DNA of 64,000 nt from Lytechinus pictus (lineage: Eukaryota): positions 5,334,001 through 5,398,000 of the forward strand of contig NC_087250.1 in assembly GCF_037042905.1 (NCBI RefSeq), in the 5' to 3' direction. The notes under the pieces are model-generated. The model did not search any database. It worked only from the letters and a program-made list of their open reading frames with translations, and was not told the origin of the DNA. Below are positions 1-14,565 of this stretch, piece after piece. The first letter of the stretch is position 1. Each line of letters opens with the position of its first letter. Position numbers and translations under genes: made by a program.

Positions 1-265
1 CATGCTATCCTATCTCTCGTGCTTAGTAGGCGAGATTACTCAAATTCTCTATTGACTAATATCAATAAAACAGATCGTGACAGGTTGCAGCGCATTCAAA
101 ATCACGCCACTAGGATCATCTTGAAAGCGAAGAATTATATGTTCGGGCCACTCCTTCATTGAAGCATTTGCACGGGTTACCAGTTCACAAAAAAATTATA
201 CAAAGTTGCACTGTTAGTTTATAAGTGTATGCATAGAGTGGCACCCGAATACCTCTTTAGTTTAC
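1..265 (+). mobile_element. LINE (L2/CR1 group) ORF2 C-terminal remnant
   Basis: Reads INKTDRDRLQRIQNHATRIIL and, across frameshifts, LHGLPV and KVALLVYKCMHRVAPEYL. These motifs are typical downstream of the RT domain in L2/CR1 ORF2. Confidence 0.7.
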
Positions 266-1531
266 TTATATTAATACACCGGCTACATTACATACTTTAC
301 CCCCACCACATTGTTTTCAACTTTGAAACAAAAGAGTACTTTTTTAGAGGGAAATAAATACAAATTTCAAAAGTAAAAAAAGGTGTGTAATAGATATGTG
401 CCTTTTACACACACATGTCTTTAAATATAATAAAGACATAGAACAGCATTGTTAGTCCAGGTAGGGATCCTCATTCTTATCATAGCCTTTTACATGATCA
501 TGATGATGGATGCATAAGAAATGTGTGGATGTGCAAACATCGCATTAAGTTCGGACTGGGGTAAGTTGAGCCAGCCAACATGGGGCAAGTTAAGCCATGC
601 TAATTCTTATGGTATCGTATATTAAAAAAAAAACAAATCAATTGACATGCAGGCAGAAAGGAGCAAATTCACATGACAGTTCTTTTATTTTTAGAGGATG
701 TTAGTATTTATAGAGAATAAGCAAGTGAAATATTTTAGATAAAACATGCTGGTTCTTCCCCCATGCATTTGTACATATTTTTTGTGGCTCAACTTACCCC
801 ACAGATGGGCAAGTTGAGCCATTTGACATCGTTCTTTTCAAAGGTGACAATGACTTTCAGTGTGGGGGTAGATAGTTATATATAGTTCCCAAGAATTAAA
901 CTTTGGGGCAAGGTACTTATTTCTTCAAGATGATTCGTCATATCAATTCTAGCAAGCAGAGAGCAAAAGTGTCACAACTCACCCCGCCTTCCCCTACTCA
1001 GTCAGACTACGCCCAATTAAATAGAACATAGCGTAATTTCCATTAAATTGATCAGCTCGACTGGTGTGGCGTAATTGGTAAAACAATGCGATGGTGTGAG
1101 TTTATATTGCGCTTGTGACGGAGGTTTCGAACCTCGCCTCGACCTTCCCTAGATTTTTTAAGTTATAAATTGAGGCAAGATTGTGGTAACCATAATGTGT
1201 CATAGTGTGGTAAATACCGTGTTACCACACGCCCCAAAATCATATATAAACCACATAGTGATAAAACCCTGTGTTTGACACTGTGTTACATACTCTGTTA
1301 CACACTGCTCACATACGTCCCCAAAACATATATTGCACACATGTGTCACATACTGTGGTTTACACCGTGTCATACACTGTGGTATAATACACTGCGTTAC
1401 ATACTGCGTTAAAAACTGTGTTACACAATTTGTTGCACATTGTGGTAGCACTGTGTTCTTTCCATAAGGGTTATACCTCCGACCCCCTATTGTGCTTTCG
1501 TGCTATTGACCTATGCTGATCCTTCCGGGGC

Positions 1532-1585
<54 letters not shown>

Positions 1586-1999
1586 GAGATCAAGTGTATG
1601 GAGAGGGCCGTAGCAAGGTCAATACCTGTCTTCATCAAGCTTTCGGGCACATGCCCTTCATCAGGATCGTAGGGTCCGTAAGTATAGTGTGTTGTTTATA
1701 GTATATATATATATATATATATATATAGTTTTTATAGTTCATATAAAAATTGTGAATTCTCTCGATCCAAGTCATGGCTTGGCAGTTTTTTAAACGGAAT
1801 AAAATATGAAAATCATATGCCTAATGATAATAATTATGATAAAGAATGTTATAACTATTATAACTGATTATTATTATTAATATCTTTAATCATTTAATTT
1901 AAAAAATAACTATTGATTAATGATTATTTTTTTAATTATTATTAATATCATTATCATCATTTTCACTATGATCGAATTGCTTTCTCTTCATATCTTCTA

Positions 2000-2480
2000 T
2001 GCAGATACTGTCAAAATACGTGGTGTTTACATTCAGTCAAACTTTAGATGGGATAAACAAATTTCAGATATTGTAAAAAGGTGCAAAAAAACATATATGT
2101 TCAGACTTGTCAATATTAATATAAACTTCCTACGTCAGACTTGTTCAAATTCACATTGGATATATTTGTCCAATATTGTAGTATCATGTACCGGTATTTA
2201 ACGGAGCACTAACTGATAAACAAGTAAATTATTTGAGAAAAAATATACCCAAAAGAGTTTGTAAAATAATTATCGGTTCGGATTATAAAGGCTATGCAAA
2301 TGCACTATCAAAATGTGGATTAGAATGTCTAGAAAGAAGATAAAAACAAATATATGTATGGAGTTTGCTAAAATCTCTTTCAAAAACCCTCACTGTAATA
2401 ATTTGATACCGAGATTTCATTAAGAAGTGTTCCAAACTTTGCTCGGATAAATTGCAAAACAGGATGTACAATACCATATT
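2000..2480 (+). mobile_element. CR1-group LINE ORF2 3' remnant
   Basis: VKIRGVYIQSNFRWDKQISDIVK and KRVCKIIIGSDYKGYANALSKCGLECLERR; frameshifted. Confidence 0.65.
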
Positions 2481-2938
2481 TCATAGATTTACTAAATTCT
2501 GAATAAAAATATAACTTTCATAGCCTTGATATCAAATCCAATTTTTGTCAATGTGTATTAGTCTCCATTTCAATCCATTTACTATTGCAATTTTTTGTTG
2601 TCTATTATTTATTACATTTTGAAGTTGTATTTATTTACATATTTGTTTTTCATTCTCTGTTATTATATTTGATACATCCTATTTACAGTTTGCTCTTTAT
2701 AAACTATTTAGTTTGTATGTACGCCACAATTGTTATATGTACTTCTTTAAATTGCTGTTGCTTTTACCCATGTAAGACTTGTAAACATGCCCATTTCAGC
2801 CTTTTGGCTGTGTAACATGAATTGCTTTTATGCGAAATAAATCATAATTGAATTCAATGGAAATAAATACTACTATAGTAATGCTGATATATTTCTACTG
2901 TACTAGTACCATGACAACTACTACTAGAAGTAGTGGTA

Positions 2939-3132
2939 CACAGTAAAAAAAAGCACGCTGTTTAAGCCTGTCACTCTAACAACAAGTTGTTTAAACTTTT
3001 TTGTAATTGTTCAGATTTTTAAAAACAAGTTGTTTAAAAAGTTTAAGCATTTTTTTAAACAATTCAAACAAAAGTTGCTAGAGTGACGGGCTTAACCAAC
3101 ATGCTTAAATTTTAAATAGCGTTTTTACAGTG
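2939..3132. mobile_element. MITE with CACAG...CAGTG termini (CMC/EnSpm-like)
   Basis: CACAGTAAAAA...TTTTTACAGTG, internally palindromic, TA on both flanks. Confidence 0.6.
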
Positions 3133-4014
3133 TAGTAGTAATAATATTACTACTACTTCCTCTACTACTTCTACTACTACTATCACTCCTGAATTGAATT
3201 GAATTGAATTGATTATCAAAAATTAAACATTGTAGTTTAAGATTTAACACATTTATAACTATTTAAACCGTTTAAACAACTGTTGTAGGTTCATATAGTA
3301 TATTCCGTTGTACACACATTTTTAAAGAGAGTGTTTACTGTGTAATGAGGTTTCCAGGGGTTCAGGGTACGCCACTAGTAAAAACTATTATGGGATATTT
3401 GCGGAATCATACATCTAGTCTCCGATCAGTGACATTCTTTGCATAATCATATTGAATTTTTTTTCTATCTTTTGTGCCAATTCATTTTATTACCGGGGCA
3501 TGTATGCAACATTCAAATATTGCAGTTGGGTGCTCCGAGCTTGGAAAGCTGCATGTACTTGACTGTGGATTGAAAAAAATCCATGAAGACGATAACAATA
3601 CATCGGAATAATGGGAGTATGAAACTATATTGGGATATTTGGGAATCCCAAAGTTAGCCTTCGATCAACGACAATTCAATATAATGTCATTGGGAGATTT
3701 TTTCAGGAGTTTATGCATTTATTGTAAAGTCAAAATAAATTTACAATACATAAACATAATCGTAGTATGACATTAAAGTACATTTCAATGTGACAAATTC
3801 ATGACAGTGTCATTAAAAAAATGTAGACTTAAGGATGAGACAAAGAAGTCAAAAACAAATGTAGGGGCAAACTATATAAGCAAAATAAATGATTGAGTTA
3901 TAGCAGCCCAAAGGAAAAGGGCTACATGGAAATAAAATATATTCCATAGGTCTGGAAAAAATCTGACGTCACAAATCATCAGAAAAAACGAAAGAAGAAT
4001 AAATCAAAAATAAC

Positions 4015-4195
4015 AAGGGGCCTAAGATAGAATCGTGTGGTACTCCACACTTTAAATTACAAACTTCAGAAGATTTAAAGAGTTAAAATCAACATATTGA
4101 TATCTGTTGTATAGATAATCTTTGAACCATGATAAAACAATTCCTCTGATTCCATATGTTTTTAATTTACTCAATAGTATAATGATCGATAGTAT
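4015..4195 (-). mobile_element. LINE reverse transcriptase fragment
   Basis: LLSKLKTYGIRGIVLSWFKDYLYNRYQYV followed by a degenerate GVPxxSILGP motif. Confidence 0.75.
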
Positions 4196-6785
4196 CAAAT
4201 GCTTTTGATAGATCCATGAAGCCCCGACAGTGTGCTCTTTTTTAATGAACCTGTAATTTTGTCGTATAATTGTAAAATTCCATATAATACACAAGGAAGA
4301 CTAGCTCCGATTCAATGAAATCCTAATTTTATTATGAATGTGAAATCAACCATTTCGGAAGTCGTCATAACAAAAAAAAACTCGATTTTTTTTTCTTATT
4401 TGGTTACAGATTTTGCAGTAAAGGTCAACGTTTATTGAATACATGCATAACATATTATGTTTATTTTATTTTAATATATACATTTACCAATTACAAAGAA
4501 ATCTCAATTTTAAAGATAAGCGAATACGTTTTTTTCATAACTCAAGTTCATGGAATTCTGATGTGACATAGATAAATTGTCAACCTATCACAGTATAACT
4601 ATTTTTTTATTAATATTGCATCGACCATAATATGCTGAATATCTTGTTGGTAATAGACAGATATAGACCCTGTAAAGGGATGGGGGTGTTAAAAATGGTA
4701 GGGTTTTCATTTCAGTTACAAACAGGTTAGACAATATTCTGAAAGTAGAATAATAAACAGATACTATTGCTTTGGTTTAATTTTGGCTTAAATGTGGTGA
4801 AATGTTTAAATTAAACTAGCTGAAAAGTCAAGAAAATAAATATATAAAAAAGGAAAATGTCTAAAACTTACTTCAGTTGAGTTGCAAAACAGCTTGAATA
4901 GTTTGTGAAGGTTCTTAAATAACTAAGGAATTCAGATATGACTTATTTTGTCTACATGAACATATATTTGACAGGTTCATTTTAATATAATAGACAATTC
5001 CAAAATTATATAAACTGAGTGTAGAACAGAATAGTAGTAGGTTAAATGTTGAATGTAAGTTTCGAACGTTTTCATGGTTTTAGACCACTATTCTGGTACA
5101 GCATATATTCAAATGTCTTCCCATCTAATGGGCGTCTATGACGACTTGTTTTTTCTCAAAAGTAAGTACATTAGGTATAATTTCTAAAATCAGATGATTT
5201 ATCTTCATGCAAAGTATTTTAAATATTCGTATGTTATTGAACTGACGTGAATAAATGTCAGATTGACGCACAGATATGAAACAAAATTACAAATCATTCA
5301 GTATAGGGTTAAAAGCGAAAAAGCAGAATATCTCGATTACATCAACGAGATAGACTCCAATGAAAACATCAACATGGTATAATCCAATGTATAACCAAAA
5401 AGAGTTTGAAATACGTAAGTTAGATTGCATAAATTGTTGTTGTTTGTTTTTGAATAATTTTTTAAACAAATAAAATAAAATAAAATTTGAACTTAAGACA
5501 AATATCTGCTATTTTCGGAAATGGAATAACTAAAGTACAGTATTTAGCATACCCATGCAACTGTATATTTTATCCATGATAAATACAGGCATGGATAGAT
5601 CATTACTGAACCATTCAGTTTCATACTGGAAATAGTCTGAAATACCCCCCCCCCAGAAGTGGCATGATATAAGATTTTTTTTCGGTACAAAATGTCAGCA
5701 AAAGCAGCCATTTCAGGAAGTTGAGTAACCAAACTAACTGACAGATGTATATGTCGTAATGAAATACAGGTATGTTATATGTAAAGGCATGTACGTCAAC
5801 AACAAAATAACAACTTATTAAGAAAAGGTTTAAGCAAAACAATAGCAATGTAGGAATATCTCGGTAACATCAACGAGGTGGACTCCAATAAATAATAGAA
5901 TAATTGAAAAAAATCTTGAATAACCCCAAAGTCAAATGCTATATAAAAAGTAGATAAAAATTTTGACAAATTGTGACAAAACAAACACTTTAGGAAATGG
6001 TGTAACCAAGTTTAGTCATGATAAATGCAGGTATGTTTTCAGTTGGTGCATCTTGAGTCCGTGTGCATCTTGAGTCTGAATAGTATGCTATACCCCTTGG
6101 GAAGTAAGATGCTACAATTTTCTTTGTTTTAATCATAAACCCAAAACAGCCATTTCTGCATGGTAGAGTAACCAAAGCAACTGAGGGGTTAAACAATACA
6201 AATATGATAAATATTGGGGTATGTATCTTTAGTGAATACATCTTAAATCTGAAAAGTATGAAATGTCCCTGGTGAAGTAAGATGTTACATTTATTATGTA
6301 TAAGTTGTAAACTAAAGCAGCCATTTCTGGAAATGGAGTAACCAAAGCAACTGAGAGGTTAGACAGTACAAAAAGAAACATAGTTTTCTGTTCATACCTC
6401 TTAAGTCTGAAGAGTGTGGAATGCCCCTAAAGAAGTAAAATGCTACAAAGTAGTTTTTCCTGTATGAATTGTAAACCAACACAGTTGTTTTCTGCTCATA
6501 ATTCACAAAATAATACAGAAAATCGATTTTTGTGAGAATGATTGAGAAATAGCTGTCAAAAACTTGCATGAATATCTCAAGGTAAACAGCAAATCATTGT
6601 TTCCTCTTTTCTTGCTTGATACCTTTTTTTTTTCAAACATACATGGAAATAATCATGAAGAAGAATTTCATTTACTCATCCTGGTGCTGGTAGTCATTCC
6701 AAGTGGATGCTCCTTTTGGTTTCCATTGGAGACGAACCTTTGTGTTCTTAGGAAATTGTTTGGTCGACACGCTTCTCATGTCGTA

Positions 6786-7197
6786 AGGCGACCGCACACC
6801 TTACGATTGGTCTGCGACTCAATTTTGGAATGAAACTTAGTAGAATTATTAGATGCTAATATTGAGACTTGGGATATTTTACTGTGTACTGTTAGAAATC
6901 ATCGTAAGAATACCTATGTTCAAATCTGTGACTATGCTATCATCCTTCTTAGAGTAAAGGCAAATGAATTTAATATCCAGTCGTAATGACGTCATAGCAG
7001 TCGTACGATTTAAAACTAATTTAGCCCTTACTCCAAAATAAAGGCTTGCAATCTTTCAAAATGGTTATATTAGTATACTTTCAATTAATTCTAACCTCAA
7101 ATAAAATGATAGGTTCCATTCACAGTTTCAGAAAATGAGCAAAATGCGATTTGTTCCAAAATCGAATTGCGAACAGTCGTAAGGTGTGCGGTGGCCT
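6786..7197. mobile_element. MITE (PIF/Harbinger-like)
   Basis: TIRs AGGCGACCGCACACCTTACGA / TCGTAAGGTGTGCGGTGGCCT, extending imperfectly inward. Confidence 0.6.
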
Positions 7198-8106
7198 CTA
7201 TGCAACCTTAGCGAGATGACCGCGCCTGGCCTATCAATCATGGTACCAAAGTTTATTTCTAGAATCAACACAAATTTTAGTCAACAATTTTATGGAATGC
7301 TATGTGGTTCAATATATTTCTTTAATATTCATCAAAATCAGTACAATATTTTCAATTATACGATCATTTTTCGTAATAAAAGATATAGAAATTGATAAAT
7401 AAAATGAAGTTATTTTGGAGCAAATTTGACCATATGCTTAAAAATCATTTGTTCTTTGTGAACATGGTGAATGAGGTGACAGGCAACCCATCCCTTCTGA
7501 TGCACTTTTTTTTACAATAAACGTGTACAAAATTTACCATTCAGCTTATGTTTTTACATTCCCACCCACCCACCCCCACACCAACTGTCTAAACAATCAA
7601 CAATAGTTCCAATTCATGATATTACCAAGCCGCGTGTTCATGATGTATGCAACGTTCAAATTTTTCGGTTGGATGCTGCGCTTGAAAAGCTGTAAGAGCT
7701 TGACGTTGGATTAACAAAAAAACATAAAGACGATAACAATAAGTCGGAATAATGGAAGTATGAATCTATATTGGTATATTTGGGAATCCCAAAGTTAGCC
7801 TTCGATCAACGACAATTCAATTTGAAGTTATTGGGTGATATCAATCGTACACAGATTTAGAATCAACACGAATTCTAGTCAACACTTTTATGGAATGCAG
7901 CATACTCCTTCAATATTCATTAGAAATTAATTACAATATATGATATCCTCATACATTTTTTCCTAATTAGAGTCTGAGATACAAATAAAATTAATGTGGG
8001 AACTAGATGTCTCCTTCCTGTGTTTGTGCTTGACCTGTGTTTGGTCATACCCGAAAATAGAGCTATCAGAGGAATATATCTTGCTTTGATCTTAATCTTA
8101 ATTTAA

Positions 8107-8705
8107 AGGACAAGTCCACCCCAGCAAAAACTTGATTTGAATAAAAGGAGAAAAATTCATCAAAACACTGAAAAATTCATCAAAATCGGATGTAAAATAA
8201 GAAAGTTATGACATTTCAAAGTTTCGCTTCATTTCACAAAACAGTTATATGTACATCTCGGTCGGTATGCAAATGAGGGAACTGATGACATCACTCACTC
8301 ACTATTTCTTTTGTATTTTATTATATGGAATATGAAATATTTTGATTTTCTCGTCATTGTCACGTGAAATGAAGTTTCATTCCTCCCTGAACACTTGGAA
8401 TTCCATTATTTTAACATTTTGTGATTCAGGCAAGGAGGTCCTAATCATCAAATTCGTAAAAATTGAAATATTGTATAATTCAAACAATAAAAAACAAAAG
8501 AAATAGTGAGTGAGTTACATCATCAACTCTCTCATTTGGATGTAACTGGCTCGTTTATACAACTATTTTGTTACAAATAAGCGAAACTTTGAAATGTCAT
8601 AACTTTCTTATTTTACATCCGATTTTGATGAAATTTTCAGCATTGTGCTTGTCTGATTTTTCTCTATTGATTTCAATCAACATTTTTTTGAAGTGGACTT
8701 GACCC
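8107..8705. mobile_element. Kolobok-like MITE
   Basis: TTAA|AGGACAAGTCCAC ... GTGGACTTGACCC|TTAA with long imperfect inverted arms. A related partial copy lies at about 10590-11665. Confidence 0.7.
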
Positions 8706-8721
8706 TTAAGGAAATTATTAT

Positions 8722-8920
8722 TTCAATGATAATGATAATAATTGATAATTATGATAATAATAAGAAGAATTATAATATCAATAACAGTGATAACAGTAAT
8801 AAGAATGATAACAGCAATGATCATAATGATAATAATAATAATTAAAATATTAATAATAATAATAATAATGATAATTATAAGAAGAATGATGATAACAATT
8901 ATAAATGATAACGATAATAA
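8722..8920. repeat. Degenerate (AAT)n microsatellite
   Basis: ATA/ATG/AAT triplet run. Confidence 0.85.
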
Positions 8921-8987
8921 CTTTCTCTGAATTGTAAGATTCATTTTCCAATTCGTCAAATGATCTGACTTGAAATAAAGTCATTAG

Positions 8988-9515
8988 TTATTGGACCAGT
9001 AACACCAGTTTGGTATAACTACTTTGCTTCGACTGGAATGCGATTGTTTAAACTGGTCTCCAGTTGATTTTTAATTGGACCAGTTAAAAATCAACTGGTC
9101 CAGTAAACATAAACTGGAAACCAATAAAAATCTACTGAAAACCATTTATTGGACCAGTTGAACCAGTTTGATGAAAAACAATTTAACTGGTATCACTAAT
9201 TTGTTTCAACTGGAATGCAATTGATGGAACTGGTCTCCAGTCGATTTTTAATTGGACCAATTAAAAATCAACTGGTCCAGTAAACATTTACTGGAAACCA
9301 GTAAAAATCTACTGAAAACCATTTATTGGACCAGTTGCACCAGTTTGATGAAAAACAATTTAACTGGTATTACTAATTTGTTTCAACTGGAATGCAATTG
9401 ATGGAACTGGTCTCCAGTTGATTTTTATTGGTCCAGTTAAAAATCAACTGGCCCAGTAAAAATATACTGGAAACCAGTAAAAATTTTACTGGTCTTACTG
9501 GTTTTTCCTTCTGGG
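8988..9515. repeat. About 177-bp tandem subterminal repeats ending in CTGGG (right end of a CMC-like element)
   Basis: About 3 units rich in AACTGG/CCAGT; TTATTGGACCAGT at 8988, 9146 and 9323; ends TTCCTTCTGGG. Confidence 0.55.
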
Positions 9516-11028
9516 ATGTTAGCTCCAATTATCAATGTTACTACTCTGGTTCTGTTTATGATAACTCCCGTAGAACGTTTTGTTGTTAAACGCCAAGCTG
9601 GTATATAACCAATTACCTAGGAAGCATTTTACGTCTAGGTTAATCAGTCATAATGGCTGACCTTGTAGACAACATATAATTACTCTCGGGCCTTTTTGTC
9701 AAAGTGGGGATTCGAACTCACAACCTTGCGATTATGAGTCCAACCACTGAATCACACGATCCGATGTTTCGTTCATGTATCATGTGATGTATTGTTCCAT
9801 GTACTTGTACCTGACAGCGAAATTTGGTAATAAATTCAATTCAGTAATGTGACTGTACGCACGCCGATAATAATTATCCATCGTCATGTGAGCAATGTGG
9901 CGCCAAACTATCAGCGCCTTGTATACAAGTCATAGGCGTAGACTATAAACACAGCATCATGCGATTTCTCACAAAAGTTTGCATCACAATTTGAAATGGA
10001 TACACAAAAGCAAAAAAGGATTAAAATGATATTTCTAACTTACTCTTTTGCAGTGCACCTTGAACCAGATTGTGCAGTTGAAAATGGATTTAATCCATGG
10101 GTTGAGAGTGAAATTAGCTGGGGGATTTTTGTTGCTAAGCGATATCATGCAGCAAGCGCGGCGGAAGTTGGGCTCGGTGGTGTGGGGATTCCCCATCGAA
10201 ATCCGAAATATATTTGATGTATGTAATCTCACAAATTTATTGTAATAAAAATGTTTTTCCCCTTTTTAAACCAGACCTGTTCTGTAAAATTCTATAAAAA
10301 TTGTATAAAATCTTTCCTGCTTTAACAATTTACAGAATAATTTGGTTACTTCTCTTCTTTCTGTAAAATCTGTTGTTTTTTTTTCTTCTGTAAAATATTC
10401 TGTTTTTTTTTCTAGCAGTGTATCTTTGTCCAATCATTCCCCTTTTATATATTTTTTCTTTTTCATTTTTGTTGGATTGACATTCATTTTACCCATAGAT
10501 GAAAGTGTAAAGCAAGCAAACTATTAATGCTCCATATGTACTCTTAAAATGTTTGGCAACATTTTAGGCTCTACTGTCCACACAGCAATCGGTTATAAAA
10601 GTTTAGCTTAATTTCACATAATAGTTATATGCACATTCCGATCGGCATGCAAATGAGAGAACTGATGACATCACTCACTCACTTTTTCTTTTGTATTTTA
10701 TTATAGGAAATGTGATATATTCTAATTTTCTCCTCATTGTCCCGTGAAACATAGTTTTATTTCTCCCTGAACATGTAGAATTACCATTGTTTAACATTAT
10801 ATGGTTCAGTCAAGTTGGTCCTTATTGTCAAATCTGTAAAAAATGAAATATTGTATAATCCAAACAATAAAAAGGGAAAGAAATAGTGAGTGAGGGACAT
10901 CATCGATTCCCTCATTTGCATGTGACTAATTTGTGCATATAACTATTTTGAGAAAAATAAGCAAAATTTTAAAATGTCATAACTTTCTTAATTTACGTCC
11001 GATTTTGATGACATTTTCAGCATTATGC

Positions 11029-11606
11029 CCCCCGGGGGGGGGGGGGCACTCCCATTCACGAGTGGATACCATGCGCGACCATGGGGTCTCGAAAAGCACC
11101 CTAAACACGTAATTTCCATATTCTGAAAATGCACCCCTTAACAAGTATTGACGTGTGAAACCCTACCCTTAACAAGTATTGGAAACAAAATTATACTCTT
11201 GGCAAATGTTCCCTGAAATTAACCCCTACACAAGTACATGAATGTTTTATTGTTACGGGTCCTTCGGTCGTCGGCTTTACCATGTTTACCTTATTTGGTT
11301 TAGTACGACCCCACCTTCTACACCTCGCGCAAATTGGACTCTAAACACGAAGTGTTGGTGCAAAAAGGACATCCTTTATAAAACATTTTAATTTTGTTTT
11401 ATCATCCCCCGCAAATTCGACCCTAAACGCGTAATTGTCCTAGCGAAATAGATACCCTTTTTTCATTATTTTTGTGTTTTTGACACCCTTATCACGTTAC
11501 GTACGTAACGTGACCTATCGTGAAAAAGACATCCTTTTTACGTGTTTTTGTTTTTTTGGTCGCGCATGGTATCCACTCGTCAATGTAAGTGCCCCCCCCC
11601 CCCGGG
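11029..11606. mobile_element. MITE with CCCGGG termini, inserted in a Kolobok-like MITE
   Basis: Arms GAGTGGATACCATGCGCGACCA / TGGTCGCGCATGGTATCCACTC; CATTATGC duplicated at 11021-11028 and 11607-11614. Related inverted fragments lie at about 39390-40180. Confidence 0.75.
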
Positions 11607-11796
11607 CATTATGCTTGTCTGATTTTTCTCTGTTGATTCAAATTTTTATGAGGTGGACTTGACCTTTAAGAGTGTGATATACATGATACAGTAAAACACT
11701 GTTCATGCAACTCTGTTTTCTCTGCAGCATTTATAAAGCGCTTAATACAATATTTCAAGCTTAAAAGTGCCACTCGGATGTTCAGATGATCTCTAC

Positions 11797-12476
11797 ATGT
11801 CTACATCCTGTGGGAGAGATGATCAGGTGACAAAATCTTTGATCTCGTCATGTCTACATCCTGTGGGAGAGATGATCAGATGACAAGATCTTTGATCTCG
11901 TCATGTGTACATCCTGTGTGAGAGATGATCAGATGACAAGATCTTTGATCTCGTCATATCTACATCCTGTGGGAGAGATGATCAGATGACAAAATCTTTG
12001 ATCTCGTCATGTCTACATCCTGTGGGAGAGATGATCAGATGACAAGATCTTTGATCTCGTCATGTGTACATCCTGTGTGAGAGATGATCAGATGACAAGA
12101 TCTTGGATCTCGTCATGTGTACATCCTGTGGGAGAGATGATCAGATGACATGATCTTTGATCTCGTCATGTCTACATCCTGTGGGAGAGATGATCAGATG
12201 ACAAGATCTTTGATCTCGTCATGTGTACATCCTGTGTGAGAGATGATCAGATGACAAGATCTTGGATCTCGTCATGTCTACATCCTGTGGGAGAGATGAT
12301 CAGATGACAAGATCTTTGATCTCGTCATGTGTACATCCTGTGTTAGAGATGATCAGATGACAAGATCTTTGATCTCGTCGTGTCTACATCCTGTGGGAGA
12401 GATGATCAGATGACAAGATATCGGATCTCGTCATGTGTACATCCTGTGGGAGAGATGATCAGATGACAAGATCTTT
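11797..12476. repeat. 53-bp minisatellite, about 13 copies
   Basis: Unit ATGTCTACATCCTGTGGGAGAGATGATCAGATGACAAGATCTTTGATCTCGTC. Confidence 0.95.
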
Positions 12477-14213
12477 GGCCCATATTCTGAAGTCGGGTTT
12501 AACTTAGACCATGGTCTAAGTATGTGCTAATATTATGGGAAGCCAAAAGTGCCAAAATTTTTATAAAGTTGTATATTCACTGTGCTCTTTCCTGATTCTT
12601 CAATGGTGAAGACAAAAATCTATTTATACTTTCTAGACAATTATGAATGATATGAAGCAAAATGAGCTGAAATATGATATCTCTACTGTTAGTGATTTAT
12701 GTAACAATTGGCTATCCATACTTAAACCACAGCTTTAAACCTTAGTTTAAGTAAACCCTAAAAAGACTGAGGGGGGGGGGCTGATTCAGCCTTTAGAGGG
12801 AGCAGCAAAATCAGACAAATATAGGTGAAAGTGTGAACAATATTTGATAAACAATAAGAAAGTTATGAATTTTTTGAAGTTGTCAAAAGTTGTAATCACT
12901 GTTATATCTGCGGGGACTTCAAATTGGTCAAATTTGAGATATTGTGATTCGAAGTGGGGACTTATATTCTGGTTGCTCCTATACTCAAAATGGTTAAAAT
13001 GTAAGATTTTTTTCTTCAAAAGTTTCACTTCAAATTATATATGTAAATAATTGATTAATGTGAATTGGCACTTATGTGAAAATCTCTTATAATTGAGTAG
13101 AGTCTATGGGAAAATTTGTAAGTACCACTTGCTAGAATTTATCTACCCAGTTACCAAAAATGCAAGTGATCTCATTTTTAAAACGGCCATAACTGTCTAA
13201 TACCCTGTCCGATTTCTTTCAAACTTTCACCATGCTATTTTTCTGATTTTTTCTCCTCCTCGCAAACAAATTTTTGGACAAAGGTTGGATTCTCACAGGG
13301 GTTGTCACATTTGATGCTTTTGCCTGCGTAGCCTGTATATATGCAGACATCCAAAAGGTTGTTTCCGTGAATTCTGTGAAATCGCGGAAAATCACTGTCT
13401 TGTCCCTACATAATAGCGGGTATTATCAACGAGAGAAAGCCGTTTCCTCATTAAATCATTAGATATTGTTTTGCTACCAATACAACCTTTTTTTTTTTTT
13501 TGAAGAATTCAATTTCTTTATACTTTGAGCCATTAAGGCTATTCCCAATATCAAGTATGGAATGCTTGAAGTTGATATCATTGAAAAGAATTAAATGAGA
13601 AAATGGCTCGCCATAATTCCCGTCATACATGCTAAGCTTTAACCTGTGACAGCCCTTTAACATTGGCTTGACATCCAGTAAATGATGTGCTATCTCCTAT
13701 ATTAATCTTATTCTTGGACAATTTTCATCCTTCAGAAGAATTCTTTATGAATTAAAAGTGTAATGAAATGTATTCAAAATACCTTTACTCTCAGGATTAT
13801 TTTGGAGTTTCAGAAATTCCTTCCAAATGAATTCTGTTATTGTCTATTCCTTCTGTTCAATGTCTGCTCTGTTAAGTTATATTGTTGAAATCCAGATTTA
13901 TTTAACTTTTCATGAATCTCATGAAAACCCATCTAGGCAGTGGAGATTCAAGTCTTCTGGATCGTGACGTTAAAGGTCAATCCCAGACGTAAATAACCAT
14001 ATTTGATTGATACACATTTTGTAAAAACTCGAATACAGGGTCATAAAGTTAATTTGATATTGATTTGACAATATTTCTTAAACAAATATCATGTCAGAAC
14101 GCACGCATGCATATCAATTTCTTTTGACAACGGCAGCTGAGGACAAGTCAGCACAAAAACTGTTTTCATACAAAATTAGTGAATGTGTTATTGCCTAAAT
14201 TTCAATTGACTAA

Positions 14214-14565
14214 TACCGTGTTCACACGCTGCATCAGCTTTTTTGTTGCGTGTAAACGTGATTAACTTGCATCGGCTCTCGGTGCAGAATCGGCTTGTTT
14301 TTAACATGTAAACAGAAAGCAAATCCTGCATCGGCAATTAGCGCGCATTTCATTTACTTTACCATTATGACGTACTTGTAAGTGCACGAATCTAGCGTTG
14401 TCTTTATTATGACGTATATTGTTGGTGCGCGGATCATTTTAGGTTTTTGCCACGCGAGCTGATTCTGCACCACGAGCTGTGACAGCGTGTAAACGCGGTG
14501 CAAGATTAACCAAAAGCCAATGCATTTGGTTCTGAACCAAAAGCCGATCAAGTGCAAACACGGTA
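14214..14565. mobile_element. PIF/Harbinger-like MITE
   Basis: TAA|TACCGTGTTCACAC ... GTGCAAACACGGTA|TAA (3-bp TAA TSD). A related half copy lies at about 39198-39375. Confidence 0.7.

Noticed and set aside
8723..8959. Hydrophobic poly-Ile ORFs
   Set aside because: They come from an (AAT)n microsatellite.
11797..12476. CRISPR-like array of hairpin repeats
   Set aside because: The intervening sequences are near-identical rather than unique spacers, there are no cas genes, and the context is eukaryotic.
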